Below, piece by piece: positions 1 to 7,089 of a DNA stretch of 64,000 nucleotides. The DNA is taken from the IMG/VR virus record IMGVR_UViG_3300045988_060255. One strand, written 5' to 3'. The notes under the pieces were generated by a model. It was not told the origin of the DNA. It saw nothing but the letters and a program-made list of their open reading frames with translations, and searched no databases. Made by a program: the position numbers and the translations under genes. Origin of the DNA: a virus. Position 1 is the stretch's first letter. The number at the start of each line of letters is the position of its first letter.

Positions 1-140
1 TCCGGTGTTGGTTGCCGCTGACCGGTTTCCGGTGTTGGTTGCCGCTGACCGGTTTCCGGTGTTGGTTGCCGCTGACCGGTCTCCGGTGTTGGTTGCCGCT
101 GACCGGTTTCCGGTGTTGGTTGCCGCTGACTGGTCTCCGG
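1..140 (-). repeat. 27-bp in-frame tandem repeat (5 full units + partial sixth)
   Basis: Units tccggtgttggttgccgctgaccggt[t/c] at 1-27, 28-54, 55-81, 82-108, 109-135 with 1-2 nt variants. Minus-strand translation gives SAATNTG(N/D)(R/Q) nonapeptides. Confidence 0.95.
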
Positions 141-471
141 TGTTGGACTTTTTATCATCGTCCCAGTTAACCTGATCTTTAATGTACTCCAGACCGGCTT
201 TAACAATTCCGGCAATTCCGATTTCTGCTTTAATCGAAATCTTCTTTCCTACTCTCTTGCTGTCGTCAGATTTCTGATCGTTTGCATCCAGCTCGACTTC
301 GCAATATCTGGAATCAGCCGGTGCATAATATCCAAATACATCCAACGGATTCTCACAAGCATGAAATCCCGTATCACAAATCTCGCATCTTTCTTCTTCA
401 TACTTCTTTCCGATTTCATACTGAAAATCACGGCATTTTAAGTCTTTGTCAAATCCCTTATAGCATTTCAT
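1..471 (-). CDS. repeat-containing phage protein (Cys-containing N-terminal domain + SAATNTG nonapeptide repeats); C-terminus beyond window
   Basis: ATG 471-469 overlaps the upstream stop as ATGA. Frame stays open to nt 1; not in the ORF track because there is no stop in the window. Begins MKCYKGFDKDLKCRDFQYEIGKKYEEERCEICDTGFHACENPLDVF. Confidence 0.8.
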   Translation of the reverse strand, partial: MKCYKGFDKDLKCRDFQYEIGKKYEEERCEICDTGFHACENPLDVFGYYAPADSRYCEVELDANDQKSDDSKRVGKKISIKAEIGIAGIVKAGLEYIKDQVNWDDDKKSNTGDQSAATNTGNRSAATNTGDRSAATNTGNRSAATNTGNRSAATNTG

Positions 472-647
472 TTTTCCTTGTCCTCCAAATTCAGTCCGAG
501 TATAGCTGCACAAACCTCTTTCTTTAAATACGTATTTGCTTCGGTTGTGTTCAGGTACGCTTCAAATGCCTTTAATCTGCCTACCAGCTCTGCATACTCC
601 TCGGCTACGGTCTCTGCTCTGAAATCCATCTTATTTTCTTTCTCCAT
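468..647 (-). CDS. hypothetical protein (59 aa)
   Basis: GAGGAGGA RBS 5 nt before ATG 647. Stop is coupled to the next start (ATGA). Confidence 0.6.
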   Translation of the reverse strand: MEKENKMDFRAETVAEEYAELVGRLKAFEAYLNTTEANTYLKKEVCAAILGLNLEDKEK

Positions 648-933
648 CGCAATCCTCCTCACAATACGGGCATTTGTTGTCCATCAAAATTTTGTTCAAA
701 TGGTCAGTTACTTTCTTCACATTTTCTCCCTGCTGGCAACCGCCCTCTACAATGCTGTACATATCAAACTCTCTTAATGATTCTTTCTTATATATGTTGA
801 TGTGCAAGCTGCATCCGATCTTGTAGTTTGCAAAATGAAATGCTACCGTTCTGCCGGTTTCTTTCTGAACGCGTCTGCATAACTGGTATAGTTCGTCTAC
901 GGTTTTATTAAAATCATTCTCCTTTATCTTCAT
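631..933 (-). CDS. hypothetical protein (100 aa, C-terminal CPYCEEDC motif)
   Basis: GGAGGG RBS before ATG 933 (MKIKENDF...), within track ORF 631..960. Confidence 0.65.
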   Translation of the reverse strand: MKIKENDFNKTVDELYQLCRRVQKETGRTVAFHFANYKIGCSLHINIYKKESLREFDMYSIVEGGCQQGENVKKVTDHLNKILMDNKCPYCEEDCDGERK

Positions 934-1192
934 CGAAAAGCCCTCCAAGTAAATCATCAAATAATGTTTTTACAACTTCTTTGATTTTTTCTTTTTGAAT
1001 AGTTTTAAATTCTTCTTCGTTCATCAGTCCGATTTTGACCGCTTCGTCAATCTCCTGCTTCACAGATTCCTCTGTTTTTTTGCCGTCTTCCATAATGGTT
1101 TCTTTGATTCCTCGAACGACAACCGCTAAGTCAGCTATTAATTCTGCTTTACTGCCTTTAAGTGTGATTTCTCCCATTTTTGTCTCAATCAT
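914..1192 (-). CDS. hypothetical protein (92 aa, acidic/helical)
   Basis: Track ORF with ATG and a purine-rich RBS (GGAAAAGAGAG). Confidence 0.65.
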   Translation of the reverse strand: MIETKMGEITLKGSKAELIADLAVVVRGIKETIMEDGKKTEESVKQEIDEAVKIGLMNEEEFKTIQKEKIKEVVKTLFDDLLGGLFDEDKGE

Positions 1193-1490
1193 CTCTCTTT
1201 TCCGTTACTGAAAACTTATAAAAAGTTATAAACTTCTATGTTTCATTCCTACTTCAACGAGTATGCTTTTGATGATATAAATATCTATCTACTCACAAGT
1301 TCCTGTACTCTCCATAGGCGTAAATTCCGGACTAACGTATCCGTACATATTTGCATTAACGTTTCAGTGTCAGCTTGCAAATTTTTCTCCATAAGTCTTG
1401 AGATTTATAGATGCCTGGAAATATATTCCACTCTAATATCTTATAAAACTCAACATACACTTATATGATTTTATAATTTATATTTAACTG

Positions 1491-1658
1491 TTAATTTCCT
1501 CCGATTCTTTTAATTTCATCCGGGTAAATAACCACGAATGATAAGATAAACATTGCGATTGCTACTGCAACCGGCTGTGATGCACTGTCAAATCTCCAGA
1601 ACGGCAAGTACGGTGACATACCGCCGATTAGAGCTGACAGAATTAATGCTTTTACCAT
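1491..1658 (-). CDS. small membrane protein (55 aa)
   Basis: GGAGGG 7 nt upstream of ATG 1658. MVKALILSALIGG...VAVAIAMFILSFVVIY has two hydrophobic segments. Below the ORF-track length cutoff. Confidence 0.5.
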   Translation of the reverse strand: MVKALILSALIGGMSPYLPFWRFDSASQPVAVAIAMFILSFVVIYPDEIKRIGGN

Positions 1659-1717
1659 TTTTATGTCCCTCCAATTTTTTTGTGTGGTATACTCTCATTA
1701 TGAAAGGAGGTGTTTTT

Positions 1718-1930
1718 ATGGATAAGTTACAAATCGCTCATGATCTGGCTGTTGCTAAGGTATGCGCTGAATTACCGGGAAGCCTGGACAACTCTCATAT
1801 CTGCCAGAGATACTTCAAATACCGCGCATAGTTTGTTGATCTTCTGGATTCCCATGATGAAGATTACTTTCTCAATGAACTGGATAAAGAGAAAGTAAAT
1901 AATTGTTCTCCATCTCGGCGCTACTTTTAA
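1718..1930 (+). pseudogene. small acidic protein ORF interrupted by in-frame TAG at 1829-1831
   Basis: AAAGGAGG RBS, ATG 1718, 37 codons, TAG, then 32 more in-frame coding-looking codons (FVDLLDSHDEDYFLNELDKEK...) ending at TAA 1928-1930. Confidence 0.45.
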
Positions 1931-2145
1931 TCGTTAGACTTTTCACCGGATGTGCTCTTTGTTGTTCTGCCAATATAGAGCACATCCTTAAGGGAAAACT
2001 GAATTTTATTATTAATTCCGTTTTCATTCCATTCGTATTCAACAATTGACTGTTTGTCGAAATTAATTTTTTCATACACCTCTGCCGGGACACGCAACGT
2101 TTCTCCGTTTTTAAACTTAATAATTGTTTCGTCGGCAATCTTCAC
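1927..2145 (-). CDS. hypothetical protein (72 aa)
   Basis: GTG start at 2145 with GGAGGTG RBS 5 nt upstream. Confidence 0.65.
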   Translation of the reverse strand: MKIADETIIKFKNGETLRVPAEVYEKINFDKQSIVEYEWNENGINNKIQFSLKDVLYIGRTTKSTSGEKSND

Positions 2146-2160
2146 ATTCTCACCTCCTAC

Positions 2161-2364
2161 TTAATCTGCTTTAGCAAAGAAAACACCAATCGGGTCTTCG
2201 ATATGAAATTCATCAATCATTGTCTGAATCTCATTGCTGTTGAAAATTCCTTTCTGCATCTTTCCATAAAATGTTTTTGGCGTAATTCCAAGCATTTTAG
2301 CAACGTCCGTCTGAGATTTTCTATTCTTCGCAAATATTCCTCGAAGTTCATCAGTTTTTATCAT
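2161..2364 (-). CDS. small HTH DNA-binding protein (67 aa)
   Basis: HTH-like SQTDVAKMLGITPKTFYGKMQKG. ATGA overlap with the upstream gene. Confidence 0.7.
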   Translation of the reverse strand: MIKTDELRGIFAKNRKSQTDVAKMLGITPKTFYGKMQKGIFNSNEIQTMIDEFHIEDPIGVFFAKAD

Positions 2365-3144
2365 TTTGTCATCTCCTGCTCAATCACCGGAAGAATCCCG
2401 CTCTCTTTCAGCTTGTCGTAAAGAAATATTCTTCCTTTCTGTGACCACTTAGTATTCATCTTCACATCCGGTCTACCGTCCGATCTCACGATATCAACGG
2501 TCTCGGAATGTGTATAGCCCATACAGTGATATTTGCTGTACAGTAACCACTGTCCGCTCTGCTTGTACTGGATTCCGATGTCATGCAGAATATCGTTCAT
2601 CTTCTTCCCAGACATTCCATAATCCTTAGCAATCTGGGTAATGGTCACAAGTCCCGGATTCTTTAAGATTTCATCATAGTAGTCGGCTTTCGGTTTCAGT
2701 TCGCCGATTATCTGGTTTTTGACACTGATTTCCGTTGACAGTAACTTGACCGAATCTTTCAACTTCGCAATGGTCTGGTCTGCCATCTTCAATGCTCTAG
2801 CAAAAAATTTGTTCTGGCGTGTTCCATGCTTTTTCGAGGTCTATGAAATACTGTCGGTATTGTCTGCCTTTTTCTGACCGCTGAATCATGCAAATCTGTT
2901 TTGCCATGTCTATAGAAACTTGATAATCAGAAATTTCTCTTTCTGCTCCGTTATTTACAAGTGTGGAACTTTTCACGCTTGTAAAATCGCTTCCCTCAGT
3001 GAAACCATATGTAGACATTCTTTCAAACCATCTCGAAAATCTGTCTGTAATTTCAAGCCCTGCATACAGCTCTCTGGCTGATACAGTAGGTTGTTCACTA
3101 CTGTAATTAATAGGTATTAACTGTTCCGTAATATCGTCTCCTCT
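2361..3144 (-). pseudogene. phage antirepressor (AntA-like N-terminal + KilAC C-terminal domains) split by a frameshift
   Basis: N-terminal part: ...QPTVSARELYAGLEITDRFSRWFERMSTYGFTEGSDF...EKAWNTPEQIFC*. C-terminal part: ARALKMADQTIAKL...ITQIAKDYGMSGKKMNDILH. The frames join if the A6 run 2802-2807 loses one base. No ATG at the 5' end. Confidence 0.75.
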
Positions 3145-3306
3145 CTAATTACTATCTCTAATTGTTGCTTCTTCTTTCTGAGTATCACTCTCAACAGTAT
3201 CAGCAACGCCATTCATGTATCCCAAAATGTAGTGTTGCTTATCTACCGGAAGCTTATTGATTCGTGTTGTTACATCTCTGATAAGCTGTCTCTTTTCTTC
3301 TGACAT
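3145..3306 (-). CDS. hypothetical early protein (53 aa), first gene of leftward operon
   Basis: GGAGGTG RBS, ATG 3306, MSEEKRQLIRDVTTRINKLP..., TAG 3145-3147. Confidence 0.6.
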   Translation of the reverse strand: MSEEKRQLIRDVTTRINKLPVDKQHYILGYMNGVADTVESDTQKEEATIRDSN

Positions 3307-3340
3307 TTGTTCACCTCCACATCTCTTACGTTATGAACGT

Positions 3341-3369
3341 ATAATATCACATCTATAACGCATTGTCAA
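3341..3369 (-). promoter_or_regulatory. leftward early promoter TTGACA-17-TATTAT
   Basis: Minus-strand -35 at 3369-3364, -10 at 3346-3341, read directly. Confidence 0.7.
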
Positions 3370-3398
3370 CGTGTTTTTAAATATTTTTACGTTGACAA
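3363..3398. promoter_or_regulatory. inverted-repeat operator pair TTGTCAACG / CGTTGACAA
   Basis: 9-bp arms at 3363-3371 and 3390-3398. Each covers one of the divergent -35 boxes. Confidence 0.65.
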
Positions 3399-3420
3399 CG
3401 TATTTTAAAAATGTTATACT
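3392..3420 (+). promoter_or_regulatory. rightward repressor promoter TTGACA-17-TATACT
   Basis: -35 at 3392-3397, -10 at 3415-3420, 33 nt upstream of the repressor ATG. Confidence 0.7.
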
Positions 3421-3452
3421 GTTACCATAAAATAAAGAAAGGAGGTGGGTAA

Positions 3453-3809
3453 ATGGGCGAGCGGTTGAAAGAGCTGCGAAAATACTTAGGACTTTCAAGA
3501 GAAGACTTTGCAAAAAAACTCGGTTTAAAAAGCCGTGGTAAAATTGAAAATATAGAACTTGGAAGAACAGTTCCAGATGACGATTTTCTAAAATTGATCT
3601 GTACTACTTATAAGGTTTCTTATGACTGGCTTGTGAGCGGCGACGGTAACATGTTTATGGACGACGATGGCGATGCGCAGGCTATCGTAGATTCGGTAAT
3701 GACCGGGGATAATGAATTTGCAAAAAAAATCCTTGTTAAATTCGCAAAGCTTAGTGAAGAGCATTGGAAACAGCTTGAAGAAATTTTGACCGAATTAGAA
3801 AGCAACTAA
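3453..3809 (+). CDS. XRE/CI-like HTH repressor (118 aa)
   Basis: AAGGAGGTG RBS. MGERLKELRKYLGLSREDFAKKLGLKSRGKIENIELGR is a typical XRE HTH. Divergent from the early operon. Confidence 0.8.
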   Translation: MGERLKELRKYLGLSREDFAKKLGLKSRGKIENIELGRTVPDDDFLKLICTTYKVSYDWLVSGDGNMFMDDDGDAQAIVDSVMTGDNEFAKKILVKFAKLSEEHWKQLEEILTELESN

Positions 3810-3814
3810 TAAAA

Positions 3815-3847
3815 AGGACTGGGGTAAAAATCCCAGTCTTTTTTTGC
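3815..3847 (+). terminator. intrinsic terminator
   Basis: AGGACTGGG-N8-CCCAGTCTT followed by a T-run. Confidence 0.75.
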
Positions 3848-3912
3848 GTTTTAACTATACTATCAGTCCTTTGTGTATTATAATATATAAAAAATCACCA
3901 AGGAGGACTTAA

Positions 3913-4062
3913 ATGAGAAAAAGAAAAACTATCGACAAAATTACCAGAAAAATAAAATGCCCGGCAATCACTTGTCGGAGTGCCAATGTACAGATAATTA
4001 GCAGGGGTTTCTTTTCTACTAAATATCAATGCAAAAAATGCGGGCGCGTTTTTAAGGGATAG
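3913..4062 (+). CDS. Zn-ribbon small protein (49 aa); the -1 frame continues to 4259
   Basis: AAGGAGG RBS. CPAITC...CKKCG motif, TAG 4060-4062. See the finding on the -1 frame continuation. Confidence 0.6.
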   Translation: MRKRKTIDKITRKIKCPAITCRSANVQIISRGFFSTKYQCKKCGRVFKG

Positions 4063-4266
4063 TCCAAAAGCCAAATATATATTGGTGGGGTAACATCTTT
4101 ACGGAGTATAAGAAAACTAAAGTAGAGGATTCGGAATTTGGAGAAGAAATGGGAACTGCCATTGCGGACAAAATCAATGAAATGATAGGATCAAAATATG
4201 ATAGTTCTAAGTTCGAATATTATTTTTCGGCTTCTCCAGATGATTTAAAAACAGAATAACAAATTT

Positions 4267-4296
4267 GCCCCTGTAAACGCAGGGGCTTTTATTTTT
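4267..4296. terminator. intrinsic terminator (bidirectional position)
   Basis: GCCCCTG-taaacg-CAGGGGC followed by TTTTATTTTT. Sits between convergent genes. Confidence 0.75.
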
Positions 4297-4402
4297 ACTT
4301 TTCTTTTAAATACAAATATTCTAACAGTTTATATACCCGTTTTAATGTTTCTTCTGTTTTAACCTTTTCTAATAAAGCCATGATTTTCTCTTTATAATCC
4401 AT
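4295..4402 (-). CDS. hypothetical small protein (35 aa)
   Basis: GGGAGGG RBS, ATG 4402, MDYKEKIMALLEKVKTEETLKRVYKLLEYLYLKEK. Confidence 0.45.
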   Translation of the reverse strand: MDYKEKIMALLEKVKTEETLKRVYKLLEYLYLKEK

Positions 4403-4475
4403 AAATAGCCCTCCCTGTCACAACTACCACCTACATTACAGTATATGCCCGGCTTGTAGGAAACAGAACCGAACA

Positions 4476-4799
4476 TTAGTTCGTTTTCATCATTATACCA
4501 CCGATATTCCCTCTTGGCAACTGCCAAATATACACATGGACTTTTGTTATTTCGTAGGCAAACTTCGTAATCTCAAAGCAAATTGTGCTTTCGTGAATAC
4601 AGCATCCGACATTGCAAATTTCCTTGATCTCGCTCAACTCCTGCATCTGGGCGGAATAAATTTGTTTCGCAGCTTCTTTTGTAATCTGCACATCTCTGCG
4701 GTGGCGTTCTGCTATATCATGTGACGGTATATGCACCGCACAGAATATTTCGTAAAATATCAGGATGAATACGACTATCCTGTATCTGTTCTTCTCCAT
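4476..4799 (-). CDS. hypothetical protein with N-terminal hydrophobic segment (107 aa)
   Basis: Track ORF 4476..4808; ATG at 4799 (MEKNRYRIVVFILIFYEIF...). Confidence 0.55.
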   Translation of the reverse strand: MEKNRYRIVVFILIFYEIFCAVHIPSHDIAERHRRDVQITKEAAKQIYSAQMQELSEIKEICNVGCCIHESTICFEITKFAYEITKVHVYIWQLPRGNIGGIMMKTN

Positions 4800-4979
4800 T
4801 ACTACCAACTCTTTCTAAAAATATATCACGCATTATAGCACACACTTGTGTAATTTTTCTGGGAAGTGCAAAATCAGGGAGTTTTTCTGCAAAAATAATC
4901 TACTTTTTTGATATTTTACTATGCATAGTTTGCATGAGGTGGTATAATATTGTAAAATTTTAACAAGGGAGGGGATTGT

Positions 4980-5228
4980 ATGAGCAAAGGTGAAAAGAAG
5001 AAAGATTCAACCCTGAGCGTCATTTCCTGTATTCTGGCAGGTGTGGCATTCATTCTTCCGTTGCCAATTATCCTGTCGTTTCCTCTGGCTCTGGCAGGAG
5101 CAATTGTAGGATTAGTAGATATTGGCACAAAGAAAGAGGAATATAGACATATTGGCTCATGGTTCGGAATTATTGTCGGAATCATTGAAGTAGTTTTTAT
5201 TGCAGTGCAGTATATGAGATTTATTTAA
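4980..5228 (+). CDS. small integral membrane protein (82 aa)
   Basis: GGGAGGGG RBS. Hydrophobic stretches VISCILAGVAFILPLPIILSFPLALAGAIVGLV and WFGIIVGIIEVVFIAV. Confidence 0.7.
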   Translation: MSKGEKKKDSTLSVISCILAGVAFILPLPIILSFPLALAGAIVGLVDIGTKKEEYRHIGSWFGIIVGIIEVVFIAVQYMRFI

Positions 5229-5247
5229 GAACAAGGGAGGACATGAT

Positions 5248-5988
5248 ATGAAGAAAAAGATTATTGCATTAGTTTTATGTGGTGTCATGGCTCTGAGTGT
5301 TCCTGTATACGCCAAAGGTGGAAGTGTTTCACTCAGTTCTGATGAATTGCAAGTGCCAAAAACAGAGCAGAAAAAAGACAAAAAAGAGAGTAAAAAGAAA
5401 AAGAACCAAGATATTACCGTAACACAAAGCGGTTGGACTATTCAGACAAGTGATTATGATAACGACCGATACGTTGCATATGGAGCTAAGGTTACTAACT
5501 CTAGTTCTAAAAAATATGGATATGTAACTTTAAATATTGTCGTAAAAGATGCTAACGGTAAAATATTAAAGAGCACTGATGATACATTTTCATCTATTGT
5601 TCCGGGAGATACTGTATTTTCGGCAGATAAAATTCACATTGGTCAATATGACCCTGCATCTGTCGAATTTTCTGTTTCATATGAAGATTCAGACTTTTTA
5701 GAGTCCGTTTCTGGCGACTCTGGAACGGATGCTTTTTCATTGTCAAACTTATCTGAAATGACAGACGAATACAGTTATACCACAATTACCGGTGAGATTG
5801 AAAGCGAAGCCCCTGATAGCTGCACTTCCGCTTGCATGACTGTTATTCTTAAACAAGGTGATGATATTGTCGGCGGTTTTTATGGTTATGTTGACGTGAC
5901 AAGTGGCGAAACAACAGCTTTCGAAATCTCTGATTATGATCTACCAGAACATGATAACGTAGAAATTTCAGCACGTCCAGCATTTTAA
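5248..5988 (+). CDS. secreted protein with signal peptide (246 aa)
   Basis: GGGAGGA RBS. MKKKIIALVLCGVMALSVPVYA signal, Lys-rich linker, then a beta-rich domain. Confidence 0.75.
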   Translation: MKKKIIALVLCGVMALSVPVYAKGGSVSLSSDELQVPKTEQKKDKKESKKKKNQDITVTQSGWTIQTSDYDNDRYVAYGAKVTNSSSKKYGYVTLNIVVKDANGKILKSTDDTFSSIVPGDTVFSADKIHIGQYDPASVEFSVSYEDSDFLESVSGDSGTDAFSLSNLSEMTDEYSYTTITGEIESEAPDSCTSACMTVILKQGDDIVGGFYGYVDVTSGETTAFEISDYDLPEHDNVEISARPAF

Positions 5989-6002
5989 AAAGTAATAAAC
6001 AA

Positions 6003-6029
6003 GAGGGGCAATCGCCCCTCTTTCTCTTT
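6003..6029 (+). terminator. intrinsic terminator
   Basis: GAGGGGC-aatc-GCCCCTC followed by TTTCTCTTT. Confidence 0.8.
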
Positions 6030-6249
6030 GCCTGTCGTTCTCGCAGGCAGTCTCTTTATCCACACATCCTCCCGGACACAGAAACCATATTTTTCGAATT
6101 ATGTCAAACTTTAATGCTTTACACTAACAATTTCAAGTGCTACACTTTGTTTGTGGGACAATAATGCCACGAACAGGAAGAAAAATGTGTGTACTGTCAA
6201 AATCATGGCGTATTTTGACAAATTGAGACTACGAAAGGAGGGTGCGCAT

Positions 6250-6948
6250 ATGAGAATAGCCATATGTGACGATAACCAGCTTGAAGTTGACTTGTTTAAA
6301 GAGTGCGTATCGGGATTCTTACGGCGCAAAAGAGATTATCGCTATGAAATCAGCGAGTATTCAGCAGGTTATCCACTTGTTGAAGATGTGAAAGAGGGTA
6401 AATGGTACGATGTAATTGTACTGGATATGATTCTGGAAAATGAGAACGGTTTGGAGATTGCGAACCGGCTCCGAGATATTGGATATGATGGAAAGATTAT
6501 TTTCTGGACAGCCGACGATTCTCATCTGCAAGAAGCATTTGACGTCGGTGCTATGCAGTATGCGGTCAAGGGCAAGGAATACGGCAGAATATACCGGGCT
6601 ATTGACGAGGTCCTGTCGCAGATGAGGGATGAAACATTGACATTCAAATTCCGCAGGCAGATAAACCGGCTCAAATACGATGAAATTAAGTACGTCGAGA
6701 GTCAGGCAAGAGTTTGCCATATTTTTGCTACAAATAACCGATGTTTCGTGACCACTTGCAAGCTGAACGATCTGGAAGAAAAACTGTCTGATAAGCGATT
6801 CTTGCGCTGCCACCAGAGTTATCTGGTGAACATGGATCACATTCAGTCGGCAGGCGATAATTTCGTCATGGATTCTGGGGACATTGTCCAGATAAGACAG
6901 AATGGAGCAAAGGAAATTAAAGAAAAGTACGAAGAATACATAAGCTGA
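6250..6948 (+). CDS. orphan LytTR-family response regulator (receiver + LytTR domain)
   Basis: AGGAGGG RBS, ATG 6250. MRIAICDDN...DVIVLDMIL receiver motifs. C-terminal ...IKYVESQARVCHIFATNN...FLRCHQSYLVNMDHI is LytTR-like. Confidence 0.85.
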   Translation: MRIAICDDNQLEVDLFKECVSGFLRRKRDYRYEISEYSAGYPLVEDVKEGKWYDVIVLDMILENENGLEIANRLRDIGYDGKIIFWTADDSHLQEAFDVGAMQYAVKGKEYGRIYRAIDEVLSQMRDETLTFKFRRQINRLKYDEIKYVESQARVCHIFATNNRCFVTTCKLNDLEEKLSDKRFLRCHQSYLVNMDHIQSAGDNFVMDSGDIVQIRQNGAKEIKEKYEEYIS

Positions 6949-6957
6949 CAGCGAAGA

Positions 6958-6998
6958 ATGACCGCCAACCCGGGAAGGAGTAATTGGCGGTCATTTTC
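6958..6998 (+). terminator. intrinsic terminator
   Basis: 11-bp stem ATGACCGCCAA/TTGGCGGTCAT followed by TTTTC. Confidence 0.8.
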
Positions 6999-7089
6999 AT
7001 TGTCAACACTTAATAAATAAAAGGGTTTGCAATACGACTACTATATCGAACACATTTATTATAGCATTATAAAGATTATATTACAACTG

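Noticed and set aside
1-140. Regularly spaced 27-bp repeats that could be mistaken for a CRISPR array.
   Set aside because: The units are directly tandem with no spacers, and they are in frame within a protein-coding ORF. No repeat-spacer array exists anywhere in the window.
4900-7000. Possibility that the membrane protein, secreted protein and response regulator block is flanking host chromosome, i.e. a prophage end.
   Set aside because: It is bracketed by phage genes on both sides (repressor and early operon to the left, endolysin and tail genes to the right). The attP-like site lies 50 kb away. It is better read as phage cargo, although this remains an inference.
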